A stretch of DNA of 63,786 nucleotides, counting the filler, from Octopus bimaculoides (Eukaryota), in the NCBI RefSeq assembly GCF_001194135.2. It is 4 parts of 4 records of this genome, joined end to end, with 100 filler letters (N's around TTAATTAATTAA, not from the genome) between each part and the next. Parts side by side here need not be neighbours in the genome. Positions count along the whole stretch, not along the records: positions 19,256 to 50,118 come from NC_068988.1; 3 more parts are not named here. One strand, given 5' to 3'. Position numbers and translations under genes: made by a program. The number at the start of each line of letters is the position of its first letter. Position 1 is the first letter of the stretch. Positions 23,665-37,289 of the stretch are shown here, in pieces. The notes beneath the pieces are model-generated. The model saw only the letters and a program-made list of their open reading frames with translations, was not told where the DNA came from and did not search any database.

Positions 23665-24015
23665 TCAGGCATGGCTGTGTGGTAAGACACTTGCTTCCCA
23701 ACCACATAGGTTCTGGGATCAGTCCCTCTACATGGTACCCTGAACAACTGTCTTCTATAGTCTTAGGCTGACCAGTGCCTTTTGGGTGGATTTGGTTGAT
23801 GGAAACTGAAAGATGCCCTCATATATGTGTGTGAGAATGCATTTGTCATTACATTTGTCTCTCAACATTTCACAACCAGTGTTTGTTTATATCCCTGTAA
23901 CTTAGCAGTCGGCACACAAGACTGATAAAATATGTTCTAGTGTAAATTAGTTCGACTGAAATCCTTCAAAGTGTTTGCCCCAGTGCAGTTCAGTGACTGA
24001 AACAAGTAAAAGGTA
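23665..24015 (+). mobile_element. SINE family B (diverged)
   Basis: GGCATGGCTGTGTGGTAAG head through CAGTGACTGAAACAAGTAAAAG tail. Confidence 0.8.
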
Positions 24016-25099
24016 ACAGATAGTTCTGGATCCTTTTCATTTGATTAAAGCAGCAGATCATCACAGAGCTTATAAAGGAAGTCGTCGTATATAATAAGCA
24101 CTTCACAAGACTGGGCTGCAACTGTATTGTACACTTCATGTGGCACATTTTGTTTTATTGCTCAATATTTACAAATATATTACAAAGATCTGAATGTTTA
24201 TATCTTTGATGTATTATCAAACTTTCATAATATTTTGCAGTCATAATTTTTATAAGTATCAAGTGGGCATGTGAGTGTATAAATTGGAATGTCAACATAG
24301 TTTTTAATTTTGTTTTGTTTTCGTTTGTTTGTTTGAAGTGAAAACAGTTTTTTCTTTTCTTTAAAGCGTCTGTTATGTTTGATCATGGTTGTTGGCGACT
24401 TCATTTACGCTAAAGACTTGTTTTATTCTCATGTTGCTTTCATTTATTTCTTGATTTATTTTATTGTTGCTGGAAATTTTGAATTTCTAAATTTTTTTTT
24501 TGGTTTCAGTTTAATTTTATTTTTAGCATGTAATTGTCACTTTTGAATGTATGATGAAACAAAAAGCAAATAAAAGGAAAACAACCCAGTTTTTAACATG
24601 GTTTAAGTCTCTCTCTCTCTCTTCATTGTTTCAATCTGATCCTTGTGTCCAATGGATGAGATTAGTGGAAGTTAATCTGGAAGTGGAGGTTAGTGTGTTT
24701 CAAGGGGGTGCTTCATTGAGAAGCTGTTCAAAGACTGAGCAAAATGTGTACAGGATTAAGGGAGCATTTGATACAGTCCAGGCAGTGTGAAGAGCCATAA
24801 AAATATGGTGACAATGTCTCTGAAATGCAACTCACCCCCTTAATCTCCGAGTTCAGCAGAGCATTCACTAAATTAACATTGAAATGTAATTGTCTTGCTA
24901 AAGGTTCAATGTTCAGTGAAATATCTGTGTTCGGGGCTCTTACTGTACAGAAGCAAATCCATGGGAAAACATGCATGATTGAACATGCAATCATGCATGC
25001 TGGCACGCAGTCTCGTGTTCTTATTCGCATACATATTCATCCACATGTACTTGGTGTGCGGATGTGTACTCACTTTCATGCTCTTTATCTTCTGTGTGA

Positions 25100-25280
25100 A
25101 TTTACACTTTTTTCACTCTCTCTCACTATCCGACATTTTCTTTTGTTTTCCAGCTTTCCCCTTTCACTCTCTCTCTCTCATGCGGACATACTTTCTCTCC
25201 ACTCTCTCTTTCTCTCCACTCTCTCTTTCTCTCCACTTTCTCTTTCTCTCCACTCTCTCTTTCTCTCCACTCTCTTTTTC
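25100..25280. repeat. CT-rich minisatellite (CTCTCCACTCTCTCTTT-like units)
   Basis: Direct, imperfect tandem units. Confidence 0.8.
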
Positions 25281-25536
25281 ATTTTCACATCCTTTCTGTT
25301 TTTGATGCATAAACTGTTTTTTTTTTTTTTCTATTTTATCTATGCACTCGTGTATGTCCTGTTTTGTGTTTTGTCGGCTCCCTCTTGTGTATGTGTTTTG
25401 GCTGTCTCATATTTGCACACTGTCTCATTCTCTCCCTCATTCCCTTCTGCATGTGCATATTGCAGCTTCATATCCAAATTGGAGGCCATTTTTTTTTCTA
25501 TCGGGGCCACTGTTTGGAACCTTGTGAGATTAAATA

Positions 25537-25624
<88 letters not shown>

Positions 25625-26156
25625 TGTATTATATATATCTTGTATCTTCCATAGTCTGGCAACATATCTTAAGGACTATTTGTTTATCTTCCATTATTTA
25701 GCATTAAATAGATACTTGAAAAAAATTGCCATAAACCAACAGGTTTTTTTTTCTGTTTTAATCTAAAGAAATACATATTTTATTGAGAAGGTAAATGTTG
25801 TAGAGATACAGTAGCTTGTTGAGAGGTTTATAAAGTGTAATTAATTTGAAGGGTGATGTACTGAATGTCTTATGCAAATGTTTTTTTACATTGAAATTTT
25901 CCCCCCTTTGTTGGAGAAAATTAAAATAACCTAGCAGCAGAAAGGGGGAGATAGTTTTAAGAATTTAATTATTTTTCAGATTTTCGACTGAATTTATTTG
26001 CTTAGAGAAAGGACAGTCTGATCTGTGTAAACATGGGACAGCTATGACTTATGATACCGTCTTTTAAGCCTCGTCAGTATAGTACTGTCTAACCAAGTTT
26101 GATTTTGCTACCACTTGGTTCTGGGTTTTATGTCATTGTGCTGCACCTAAGGTAAG

Positions 26157-26400
26157 TGTGGAGGCGTGTGACTTAGTGGTTAGGGCATTGGACCCATGAT
26201 CATAAGATTGTAGTTTCAATTCTTGGACTGGGTGATGTGTTGTGTTCTTGAGCAAAGCACATTATTTCATGTTGCTTCAATCCACTCACCTGGCAAAAAT
26301 GAGTAATCCTGTGACAGACTGGTGTCCCGTCTAGGTGGGGAATGAATATGCCTTGGAAACAGGGAAACCGGCCCTAATGAGTCAGTATGACTCAAGAAGG
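26157..26400 (+). mobile_element. SINE family C
   Basis: TGGAGGCGTGTGACTTAGTGGTTAGG head, GTTTCAATTCTTGG B-box-like motif, GTGTTCTTGAGCAAAGCAC centre. Confidence 0.8.
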
Positions 26401-26741
26401 ACCTTTTTTTTTACCTTGGGAAAAGTGTCTTTTATTTTACCACTGGTCAAGCCAGTTGTGAATTTGGTAGATTGGAAACTGTGCTGAAGCTCATCATGTG
26501 TGTGTGTGTGTGTGTGTCTTTGTGTTTGTTTGTCTCTTTTCCACCACTTGACAACTGATGTTGTTTCGTTTACATCACTGTAACTTAGTGTTTCAGCAAA
26601 AGAGATTGATAGAATAAGTGCCAAACTTAAAAAAATAATAGGATTGATTTGTTTGAAACCCTCCAAAGCAGTGTCCCCTATATGACTGCAGTTTAAGTAA
26701 AGGATAAAAGATATACAAAATAGTTATGAATACCTTGAATG

Positions 26742-26773
<32 letters not shown>

Positions 26774-27362
26774 CCTTTTTAATATAGACATAAGGTCTGA
26801 AATTTTGGGAGAGGGGGTGGCTAGTTGATTACAATGCTCCCAGGATGAAAGGCAAAGTCAATCTTGAAGGAATTTGAACTCAGAATGTAAAACTGGAAGT
26901 AATGCTGCTGAGCCTTTTGTTGAGCACAGGAATGATTCTGCCAGTTTCCACCTTAAATGATGATGATTTTTATAATAATAATAATAATAAGAGCACTCAG
27001 AGAGCACAAACCTCCACCAAAGCAACACCAACATCCTTGCAATGATTGGCTAGAGATGATTTTTAAAATGAGAATGTTTGAAATAAACTCAACTGCTCTT
27101 ACAAACGAAAATACTAAAAATGAACCCGACTGCTCTCAAAAATTAAGTGAAAAAGCAGGAAAAATAATCCAGAATCCTTGTCCAGTACCAGATTGATCTG
27201 AAAATCTAATCATTTCGTGCCAGTCATGAAGCCAAACATCCTTGAAAGTTTCACCCAAATCCATCCAGCAATTCTTGAGATATCTTGTCCATAGACAAAG
27301 AAACAAACAGAACTGAAAACAATACCTCTGCCTTCATTGAGGCGGAGGTAATAATAATAATA

Positions 27363-28110
27363 CTTTATTCACCACTCAGGGTTCACAAGAATGTTACAAT
27401 TCAATACAATGTGGACTTGCATAGAAAAGCATGTAAAAAGTAGTAAAACAATATAAATTCTAACTGTGAATGGTTCTCTAAGAGAGGGAGACTTCCAGGT
27501 GTTGCTTGTAGAAACTCCACAAAACCACAAGTGTTCTGGCCACTTGGGCATGTACCCTTTCCACATCATCTTCCTTCAGTCTACAGGCATAAGCTTACAG
27601 TACACCTGTTCGTTTGGACCATTCTTCCTCCTTTCAATGAAATTGCTGGGAAGCAGCACTTACCCTCTCTACTCTCATTTTCCTTTCAAGTGAAACTTGA
27701 AAAATTTGACGAGGGCTTGAAAAAGTTGATGAGAAATGTATCTGTATTCAGCCCTTTTAGTCTGGTCTGCTACACAACCTCTTTTGCTAAGGCCACCAGA
27801 CAAATGAAAACCACCTGCCTTCCACAGTGAAAGGAAGGAGGCATGACCATCTTCACTATGAACTTAGCTGATAGCCAGACCCATTCTACATGTGACAGCA
27901 AGTGTTTTGACACAAACTCACAAGTCAGCAATATTCTGCCACTGGATGAGATCATGCAAAATAGTTATAATAATGATATGCTCATCATATCTAAAAAGGG
28001 GAGCCTTACAAACCAACCGGGGAAGCTTCTTTGTGGTTGCTCAACCTGTTATAAATAGTCTATAAATCTCCCCTTCAAACCAAACTCTACCACCTTAAAA
28101 AAAAGGACAC
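27363..28110 (-). mobile_element. L1/Tx1-like LINE 3' relic
   Basis: Minus frame LSAKFIVKMVMPPSFHCGRQVVFICLVALAKEVV is homologous to the copies at ~42.3 kb and 63.6 kb; 3' end CCCTGAGTGGGAATAAAG. Clade assignment rests on resemblance to the L1/Tx1 ORF2 C-terminus. Confidence 0.7.
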
Positions 28111-28799
28111 AAAGAGTAGTACAGTCTTTGATACTCATTAAAAAAAAAAACTAGAAAGATCTCAACTGGAACACTATTGGTCATTAGAGCTGCTGGATCA
28201 AGGCTGACCTAGTGCTAAACACTGACAGAGGAGCGTTGTTGTTTTTATGTTCTTTTACCTGTTTTAGAGTGTAAAAAGAAATAATGAAGAGTTAGAATAT
28301 GGTGATTTGAACCAGGAATGTTTTAACAGCCAATGTAAGAAGAAGATTGGTTGTAGACCGAGTTTCTTTTGTTAAGTAACTGGTTTAATGAGTGGAAAAT
28401 TATATAGTTGCTGGTTACTTTGCTCTGGATAGCTGATTACTGACCTTTGCTGATCTTTTCATACATTAACACACTTTTTTTTCATTCACACTGGACATTA
28501 TCATACTCCTAAGTTGGAGGGGTGGAGTGGAAGCTTGAGAGTAAATTGGTTAGACTTGGCTCATTTTTCTTCTGTCATTCTTGTATTCTTTGATCTACCC
28601 AACTCTCATCTATTGTATAATAAACATTTTACTCTGAGCCAACGATGTAGCTTCTTGCTAGAAACAGCAGTCAAATCTCCCTCAAATTACTCCCTATCAT
28701 TTTGAAATGTGAAATAAAATTCAAAATATTCCTGGGAATATAAACAAGGTGGAAGAGTTTTTATGGAATACTTTCGATCATAAGTTTGCTGGATGAGGG

Positions 28800-29020
28800 G
28801 CATTTAAACTGGCCATACCCAGTCCAAGTATTCTACTTGATCTATGTTCAAACTGGCCAGATTTGGCCACTCACACCCATGCCTACCCTATAATGTCATT
28901 CTAAAAAGTCAACAGTTACATCATCGAAATCTCACAGCTAGCAAATAATGCATGAATTAATTCAAAATAATATGAATAAATAAACATTCCATTTGAGTGT
29001 AACATTGAGTGCTAAAGGAA
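28800..29020. mobile_element. piggyBac-like MITE copy (same family as 4199-4806)
   Basis: CATTTAAACTGGCC...GTTCAAACTGGCCAGAT...GAGTGCTAAAGG. Confidence 0.65.
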
Positions 29021-32000
29021 CAAACAACCAATAAACAATTTACTCAGCTCTCTCCTGCTCACACATTTTGAGCAAAAAAAATATTTATCTGGATTTAGTC
29101 TTTTTAGTTGTAGTCCAGAAAGAGCCACCAAGAAAGTTACTATCAATCGACCAATTTTTCCTCTTTCTTTCTTATTTTTTGCTGTTTTATGTTAATTTCT
29201 TCCCCATACTGTTATGAGTGGGCTGATTTTCTTTAGAGCCATTTAAACTTCCAACTTGTTGTTTATCCCGGTCAGCTCTGTTCAAACGACATGGTATTCT
29301 TTGCAGATCTATTGTTCCTAGTTGAGAACCGCACAGTATCCTCTGAATTAAACAACATACATGATAGAGCTGTCCTTACTCTTAATTTCTGTGTTAATTG
29401 GTGAGCTCTGCTACAGAACACCAAGGCAGTGGTAAGGGAAGGCTAATATTTTTAGATATATTCACTGGACAGTAGAGCCAGCCTATCGCGTGATATGTCT
29501 TTGAACAGTTTTTGTGTGGTGTGAATGTGTGTGTGTCTGTCTGCTTTGCTGTAACTATCTATCTTGGTCTGTGTATGTCTCAGCCTGTATGTCTGGTTGT
29601 CCATGTGTGTGCTAGTCTGCTTGTCTGTCTGTTCATTTATGCACTGATGTCTGTCTCGGTCCATGCATGTGTATGTGTGTTTGTCTCAGTTAATGTGTAT
29701 GATTGTGTCTGTCTGTGCACTTGTATGCTGGAGTTCACACATACACATTTGCATGTGCACTTGCATCTGTACATGTATCTGCATGCAAGTCTGGGTGCCA
29801 TATATGAATATGGGTGTATTTACACGTGTGCACATGTGTGTATACATGTGTGTGTGTGTGTGTGTGTCTGTGTGTGCACGCCAGTGCTAATAGCTGACTA
29901 TGTTCCTTTCTACCAGTGGATGCATATTTCTAGCTTAGCTTATCTAAATGTGTGTGTGTGTTTGTATATATATAAGTATGTGCATGTGTAAATTTGATCT
30001 TGTCATCAGTAGGTCTTTCTGTCAGCTTTCTCCACTCCTCAGATGAACTTTTGTAATCTTTTCAACTGTGTGTGTGTGTGTGTGTATTTTAGTTATAGTA
30101 CAACATTAAACACTCCCATTTCAAAAAAAAAAAAAACATTTTTGTGTCTACATGTGTAAATCTGCATATGTATGCACACACACACATATATTGTGTGCAT
30201 ATTATGTGTTTATATATATATATGAGAGAGGAGGAGATGTGCAAATATATATATATATATATATATATGGAAGGAGAAAGAGAAAGATGCAAATATACAT
30301 ATATATCTAATATAAATAATTTTCTTAAGGTTTTCATGTCATTTTAAATGCAAGTTGATAAACCGTGTCACTTAAGCAGTGTATCATCCAAAACATCCCC
30401 ACATGGGTTTCAGAACTTGGTCTTTCAACAATGCCTCCATTTCTACACAATACGTAAGATCTGAATTTCATTGCCTAACTCTAGAATCTATTTTCGGTGA
30501 TGTTTTTATTTTCTTGTTTGTATTTTTTTGTTTTCATATTTATTGATAACTTTAGCAGCACAGCTTCCATTTAAAAATGACTTGAGGCGGCAAAACACAT
30601 TACTTTGTTATGAGTTAATTGTCTTGATAGCTTCCATGTTGGATTGCATTTAGTGTAACTTTAGCCGAGGATGTCTTTAATAACAGCCTAATTAAGTCTC
30701 GGCATCTTTCTAAAGGTTTTTCACTGTAATGCTAGCTGCCTGTGAATCCGATCACAAAGAGTTCAGTTACCACTGTAACCAGCTTCCATATCCCTACCAC
30801 CTTCAGGCAGTTGCATCCTGTTTCTCTTTCATACACTTACATATACACATAAAATAAGATACACACAAACATACGCAAAACAGTGGAATTTATATTTGGT
30901 TAAAATGATTAAGAGAGTGAGTAAGAAGAATAAAGTAAAACTTCAAAGGAAAGGCATTGACTTTTGGGGTGATTCCATGAACTAAAGGCAAAGTGAAAGG
31001 TTAAGTCTTGTGTGATGAGATTGAAGGAGGTCACACTTGTGTGTGTGTAGGTGGGGTAAGTGTGTGGGTAGGATGGTGGGATATGTAAAGGTGTCATGCT
31101 TGTGTTGGTATATTTAAGACTGTCATATGTGTATATTAAAATGATTAAGAAACCATGCTTGTGTAAGGAAAGTTTAAATGATTTGTGATTATGAGAGTTA
31201 AGGAGATCCTCTATGGTGAAACTGGGTGTAGAAAATTGAAAGAATTATTTCATCTCAAGAGTTCTTTGTTTCTGTCAAGCTAATGAAGGAGAATAAGGCT
31301 GCTACAGGTAGCAGCTGGACCTTCCCCCAACTCAGAAGATTTTTAAAGATTAGTATACATAGGGTTGGATGGACATTACCTTAAAAAAAAGAAAAAGTAA
31401 GTTTAAAATGGCTGAAATGTCTTTAACCACTGATCTATTGGATAAAGGATTTCCTGAACTACAGTGACCAATAATAGACTTGTATGGGTTAGCTATGTCT
31501 ACTAAGTTACATTGATGACAACATTAATGGTAAAGACGATATCGTGTAAACAAGAGCAGATATGATTCTTTCAGCTTTCTGATTGGTTGCGCAAAGGAAA
31601 TCATTGTCTTCACTGATTATCAATCTGCGAACAGGAAGTCATCTCCTTACTTCTTTATTGTCTGGTTATTTAGCCACAGGTCAGATTTGACAAATTAGAT
31701 GTTTGATCAACCCTCTTCCAATCAAACCATTTCTTCTTTTCTTTAGGTACAGTATATTTAGGGCTATATTATTCAGTGTGTTCTTCTAGTTTTAATATAA
31801 CGGGATTTGAAGGAGTATTGGGACCACAATACAGTGTGATCAGTACTCTCAGTAAAACGGTAAGTGTTAGGAAAGTCATTCAGTTGTAGAAACCATGTAA
31901 AAAAAAAAAATGGAACCTTTTCCTTTTTTTTTTTTTTTTTAAAGGTTTCTACAACCATGAGATATACTCTCTCACACATAGTCGGGAGGCTGTAGCTATA

Positions 32001-32255
32001 AAACTTGTGATGACCTGTTTAACTTATGCTAGCATTGGGAAGTAAACATCAAATGATGATAAAATTGATGTATCTCTCCGGTTATTCCTCTTTTAAACTA
32101 ATCCCTCTCAGTTTTCCATTTTGAGCGAGTGGCTGGATCCAATATATTAATGGTATTTAACTTATCAATGCGAGATGAATTTCAACTTGTTAAAGTACTG
32201 AGTGCCATAATTGACCAAATTACTCACTATTAATGACTGATATATCAAATGTCAA

Positions 32256-32479
32256 CCCTTTGCTTGTCCAAAACATTTTCATAAAGTTTGTACTGAACAT
32301 TCATGCTTGTTTTCCGACTTTTAGTTAGCCCGTTTCATATGTTCTGAGTAGTACAAAAATTTCCTTAGTCCCAAATTACTTTGCTGGTTGAAAGAAATTG
32401 GGAATATGTTCATATATGATGCACGAACACTAGAGAAATATGTCTTGGGCATCATGTGATATGCAGGACAGGCAAAGGG
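32256..32479. mobile_element. piggyBac-like MITE
   Basis: TIR CCCTTTGCTTGTCC / GGACAGGCAAAGGG with flanks TCAA and TTAA. Confidence 0.75.
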
Positions 32480-32774
32480 TTAAATCTTTACTGAGACTGT
32501 ATTGTATATCTAGCAGAGATAAAACTCACAATAATCCAGTTTATCATGATGAGAACAGGCACCACAGTTGGTTCAGTTCATGATTGCTTAATCGATGAAG
32601 GTTTTATAAATTGAGATAGTTAGGCTGAAGTCCTTCTTGGACAACAACTGTTATAGATTGTGGTCTATAGGAAAAGTATGTTTCAACTTAGTGCCATAAG
32701 GATTGTTATAAACTGCAGAGTACCATGATACTTCCTTCTACTAACAGTCTGTGAGAAAAGAAATTAGATAACAA

Positions 32775-33675
32775 TAATAAGAATGGTTTCAAATTTTGGC
32801 ACATGGCTATCAATTTTAAGGGGAGTGGGTTAATTGATACCATTGACCACATTACTTGACTGGTGCTTATTTTATTGACCCTAGAGGGATGGAAAGTAAA
32901 TTTGACCCTGGTTGAATTTGATCAATAATTGTAAAGAGCTGGAAGAAATTCTGCGTAGGAACCCCCCCCCCCAATCTTTTAGGGATTCCGCCAGCTTATT
33001 TGTTGCCTTTGGTAATTTACTAATATAGACAAGACCAGCACTTATGAGAGTAGATTTCTAGTTAATCCCATCGACCCCAGTACATGGCTGGTATTTTATT
33101 TTATTGGTCCTTAAAGGATGACAGGCAAAATTGATGGTTTGGGATTTTAACGTAGAATGTAGAGAGCCAAAATAAATACCACAAGGATTTTTGCCCAAAG
33201 CTGTTATGATTCTGCCTAGCTATAATAATAATCCTTTCTACTAAAGGCACAAGGCCTGAAATTTGGGGATAGGGGACTAGCCGATTACATCAATCCCAGT
33301 GTTCCACTGGTACATAATTTATCGACCCTGAAAGGATGAAAGGCAAAGTTGACCTCGGCGGAATTTGAACTCAGAATATAAAGACAGACAAAATACCGCT
33401 AAGCATTTTACTTGGCATGCTAACGGTTCTGTCACCTTGTCATATTAATAATGATAATAATCCTTTCTACTTTAAGCACAAGGCCTGAAAATTTTGGGGA
33501 AGGAGCTAGTCGATTAGATCAACCCCAGTACTCAACTGGTACTTAATTTATTAACCTCAAAAGGATGAAAGGCAAAGTCGACCTCAGCAGAATTTGAACT
33601 CAGAACGCAAAGATGGATGACATACTGCGAAGCATTTTGCCCAGTGTGGTAATGATTTTGCCAGCTTGTCACCTT
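32775..33675 (-). mobile_element. Stack of four head-to-tail SINE A copies separated by TAA-rich spacers
   Basis: A family block (GGATGAAAGGCAAAGT...GAATTTGAACTC or degenerate versions) recurs at ~32890, 33115, 33335 and 33565. Confidence 0.8.
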
Positions 33676-33774
33676 AATAATAATAATGATAATAATAATA
33701 ATAATATTAATAATAATAATAATACCTAATATAGGTATTCTTTAGTAAAAGAATTATAAAATGAATTTTGTGTT

Positions 33775-34120
33775 TTACTTTAACTTGTTTCAGTCATTGG
33801 ACTGCAGCCATGCTGGCGCACCACCTGGATGGGTTTATTCAAGCAAATTGACCCCAATACTTATTTTTAAGATTAGTACTTATCTTATTGGTATCCAATG
33901 CTGAACCACTCAAGATACAGGGTCATAAACAGACCGACACTGGTTGTCAAATGGTGTAGGATACACACACACATACACACACACACAATTACTTTCAATC
34001 AAATTCACTCCCAGGGCATTGGTTGGCCCAGAGCTTATAACAGAAACACTCAAGGTGCTGCTCAGTTGAATTGAACCCAAAACCACTTGATTGCAAAGCA
34101 AGCTTCTTAACTACACAGCC
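33775..34120 (-). mobile_element. SINE family B (diverged)
   Basis: CTTGTTTCAGTCATTGGACTGCAGCCATGCTGG tail through CTTCTTAACTACACAGCC head. Confidence 0.8.
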
Positions 34121-35254
34121 ATTTATTCACCAATATTTGGTTAAGTTTGCACCACTATAGAGAGAATAGAACTCTGATGAGCTTCTCTCTTTGACTGCGA
34201 GGAAGGAAGAAATTTTTTCTAGGACCAAAGGACAGTCCCAAAATGTCAGGTTTCTATTTCCAACCACACTGATTTCTCTAAACTCACAAACTTCACTACT
34301 TAACACATATGGTTACATGTGTGAATTATCAAGTTGCAGATCGCTCTTCAACAATAGCACTGGGATAAGTAAAATAGATTCTAGATTGTAGGGTAGATAT
34401 AATTGTTCTCGGTCTGCTTGCTAAATTCTACTAATATCTACTGTTGGCTACTACAACACTGTTTATTCAACTACAACTGATCACTAACCGGTCATTTACT
34501 AGGTATTTTTAGTCATTGAGCCAATATACATTTTGCTTAAAACTACTTGTGGGGGGGGGGTAGGCGGGGGGGAGATGGTGTGTTCCCTATTTCCTGCAAC
34601 TATTCAACTTTACTGTGTATGTTTGTACTTATAATTAATTAGCAGTTTCCCACCTCCAGTCTCCTGTCCACTGCTACATATTCTGATTTTGTTCCAAGGT
34701 GCAACACTGCCAACCTTCTATTTCTTCCTCTCTCTCTTTTCTCTCACACCCACACATACATACACTCCTACACACACACACACACACACACCCTCTCCGT
34801 TCTCTCCATATTCTAACATAGTAATTAGGTGTCAACTGGGACCATTGAAAAGTCTTGTACTCAATGAATTTCACATTGTTACCATTCTCAATGGGAAGGG
34901 AAAGGGAGTAGTTCTGGCGACCATTTCAAGACAAAATCGTAATAATTACTGCTAGCAGGAAAGCTTTCTTGTAACAATGTCTGGTGGTGGTGGTTGGAGA
35001 TGATTGCTAGTAAGTGGTGGTGGCATGGCTAATAGTTGTGGTGGTGGTGGTGGTGGGAGGCATGCTCTTTGGAAGATTACCCTCTTCTACTGCTAATATT
35101 AATTTCATTTGCTAATTTGACATTTATTATTAGAAATGGTAAAGTACTACAGAAAATAAATGCCTTGCTGGATTTAGTTAAATGGGAGTTCAAGCTCTAC
35201 TCAGGGTTGTCTATCATTTTGGGGATTTATTGAATTATGTTCTTGTCATATATA

Positions 35255-35445
35255 TTTTGTCCTTTACTGGTTTCAGTCATTGGGCTGTGACCATGCTGGG
35301 GCACCACCTTGAAGTCAATCCCGGTACTTGTGTTTAAGTCTCGTATATATTCTAGTGATCTCTTTGAACCATTGTTACAGGATGTAAACAAACTAACACT
35401 GATTATCAACCAATGGTGAAGATATGCACACACAATATATGTCCA

Positions 35446-35481
<36 letters not shown>

Positions 35482-35660
35482 TACATACACGCACACACAT
35501 ACATACACACACAGCAGACTTACATGTATTGTCTGTCTACCAAATTTACAAGGCATTGGTGTTCCCAGAGCTTTTGTAGAAGACACTCGAGGTGCTGTGC
35601 AGGGAGATTGAACCTGAAACCAATAGGTGGCAAAGTGAGCTTCTTAACCACACAACCATG
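35255..35660 (-). mobile_element. SINE family B (diverged)
   Basis: GGTTTCAGTCATTGGGCTGTGACCATGCTGGGGCACC tail through CTTCTTAACCACACAACCATG head. Confidence 0.8.
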
Positions 35661-35771
35661 CTTATTTATTCAACTTGTGTTTCTCATAGGGTGTCATGGC
35701 AGAGGGACTTGAGAAATAGGGCTGGCAGATTGCTAGGGTTAATGAAATTAATGTGATTTTAATTTATTTAA

Positions 35772-35987
35772 CCCTCTTGTGATCATATTTTTGTTAATAC
35801 TTTGTGTTTCTTTCAATTAATTTTGAATATAACACAAAATTTAGTAAACTAACTTATCATGAAGCTGGTGTTAAGAACATAAATTGTGACTAAAGTTTGG
35901 TGGAAGATTTTAATTCGAAACTTATGAAAACAAGACATTTGTTCTACAGAGCCAGAGGTGGTTTCTGGCGGTTTAGTATTGAAAGGG
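35772..35987. mobile_element. piggyBac-like MITE, 216 bp
   Basis: TTAA|CCCT ... AGGG|TTAA with an intact TTAA TSD at 35768-71 and 35988-91. Confidence 0.75.
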
Positions 35988-36559
35988 TTAAAGCCATCTT
36001 TTAAAACTTTTTGTCCAAACACCATGAAGAAAGAAGGTGAAATATCATCACTTAACATCTGCTTTCCATGCTAGCATGGATTGGATGGTTTGATTGAAAA
36101 CTGGAGAGTTGCACTAGGTTTCCCCTACATACACACACAGGAAGTGCAGGTGGTACTTACTCTGAACTTTTCTTCTCAATCTGTTGCAATGTCACAGACC
36201 GTTCCACATCATTAGTAGCTATATTTCAGGATCATGACCATTTCATTCCTTAGCCTGTATGTTTCACCTGAGCAAGTTAGCAGGGACTGAATTAATCTTC
36301 CCTTGCAGAAGGGTTGGATGTAAACTATTAATAAAGATAGGGAGAAGAGGGGAAGATTTCTTTCTTTTTTTTTTTTTTTTTTTTTTTTGGTGGGGCTGCT
36401 GATAGCTAGTATTTGTCATTTTGAGAACCTCCAGGTTAAAAACATTCCCCTACAAATTTATAATGTTGTACCAATGTAAAAAATATTTAGTATTGCAATA
36501 AGGTTGTTTAGATGTTAAAAATGGTAGAATGAGGGACAGAATGCATTGTAATAAGAATC

Positions 36560-37130
36560 GTTAGCATAGTAGGCAAAATGCTTTGCAGCATTTCATCTGT
36601 CTTCACGTTCTGAGCTAAAATTCTGCTGAGGCCAGTTTTGTCTTTCATCCTTCTGGGGTTGATAAAATAAGTACCAGTTGAACACTTGGGGTGATGTAAT
36701 TGACATGCCCCTCCCCCAAAATTACTGACCTTGTACCAAAATTTGAAACCAATATTTTATTACATCCTGTTGTGAGTTGAAATCCTTTGGTGGACGATTT
36801 TGCCTTTCATCTTTCTGGAATTAAAATAAATACTAGTCAAAAACTAGGAGCAATATAATTGATTATACCCCTTGTTTTCAAATTTTTGTCTTTGTGCTTA
36901 TGGTTCAGAAGCGTTATTATATCTATGGCAAGGACAGATGAATGGCAGAATCATTAGAACATCGGACAAGATGCCTAGTAGGAATTGTTCCAGTACTTTG
37001 TGTTCTGAGTTCAAATCTGGCTGCAGTCAACTTTCATATTTTCGTCTCTCTGGGACTGATAAAGAGCCAATCAAGTGCTGAGATCAATCTTATTGATAGC
37101 CCTTCTTCAAAAATTTTTGGCCTTAGATTA
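36560..37130 (+). mobile_element. Cluster of three decayed SINE A copies
   Basis: TTCTGAGCTAAAATTCTGC (36608), TTTGCCTTTCATC (~36800) and TTCTGAGTTCAAATCTGG (~37003). Confidence 0.7.
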
Positions 37131-37236
37131 GATGATTTGTGATACTTTATAAAGTTACTTTACATTTGAATGCAAATTTTACCAGAGTTGTTTTTTGCTT
37201 TTTTATCCTTTGAGACAACATCAACTGCTCCTGGCG

Positions 37237-37289
<53 letters not shown>

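Noticed and set aside
24825-25766. 313-aa ORF (and the 204-241-aa ORFs at 48.5-49.2 kb)
   Set aside because: They stay open only because they cross CT- and CA-repeat tracts that lack stop codons; no domain is recognisable.
34174-34215. Second hammerhead at CTGATGAGCTTC...GAAGAAA
   Set aside because: A stem II-like pairing exists, but GAAA is out of register and there is no stem III, NUH site or stem I.
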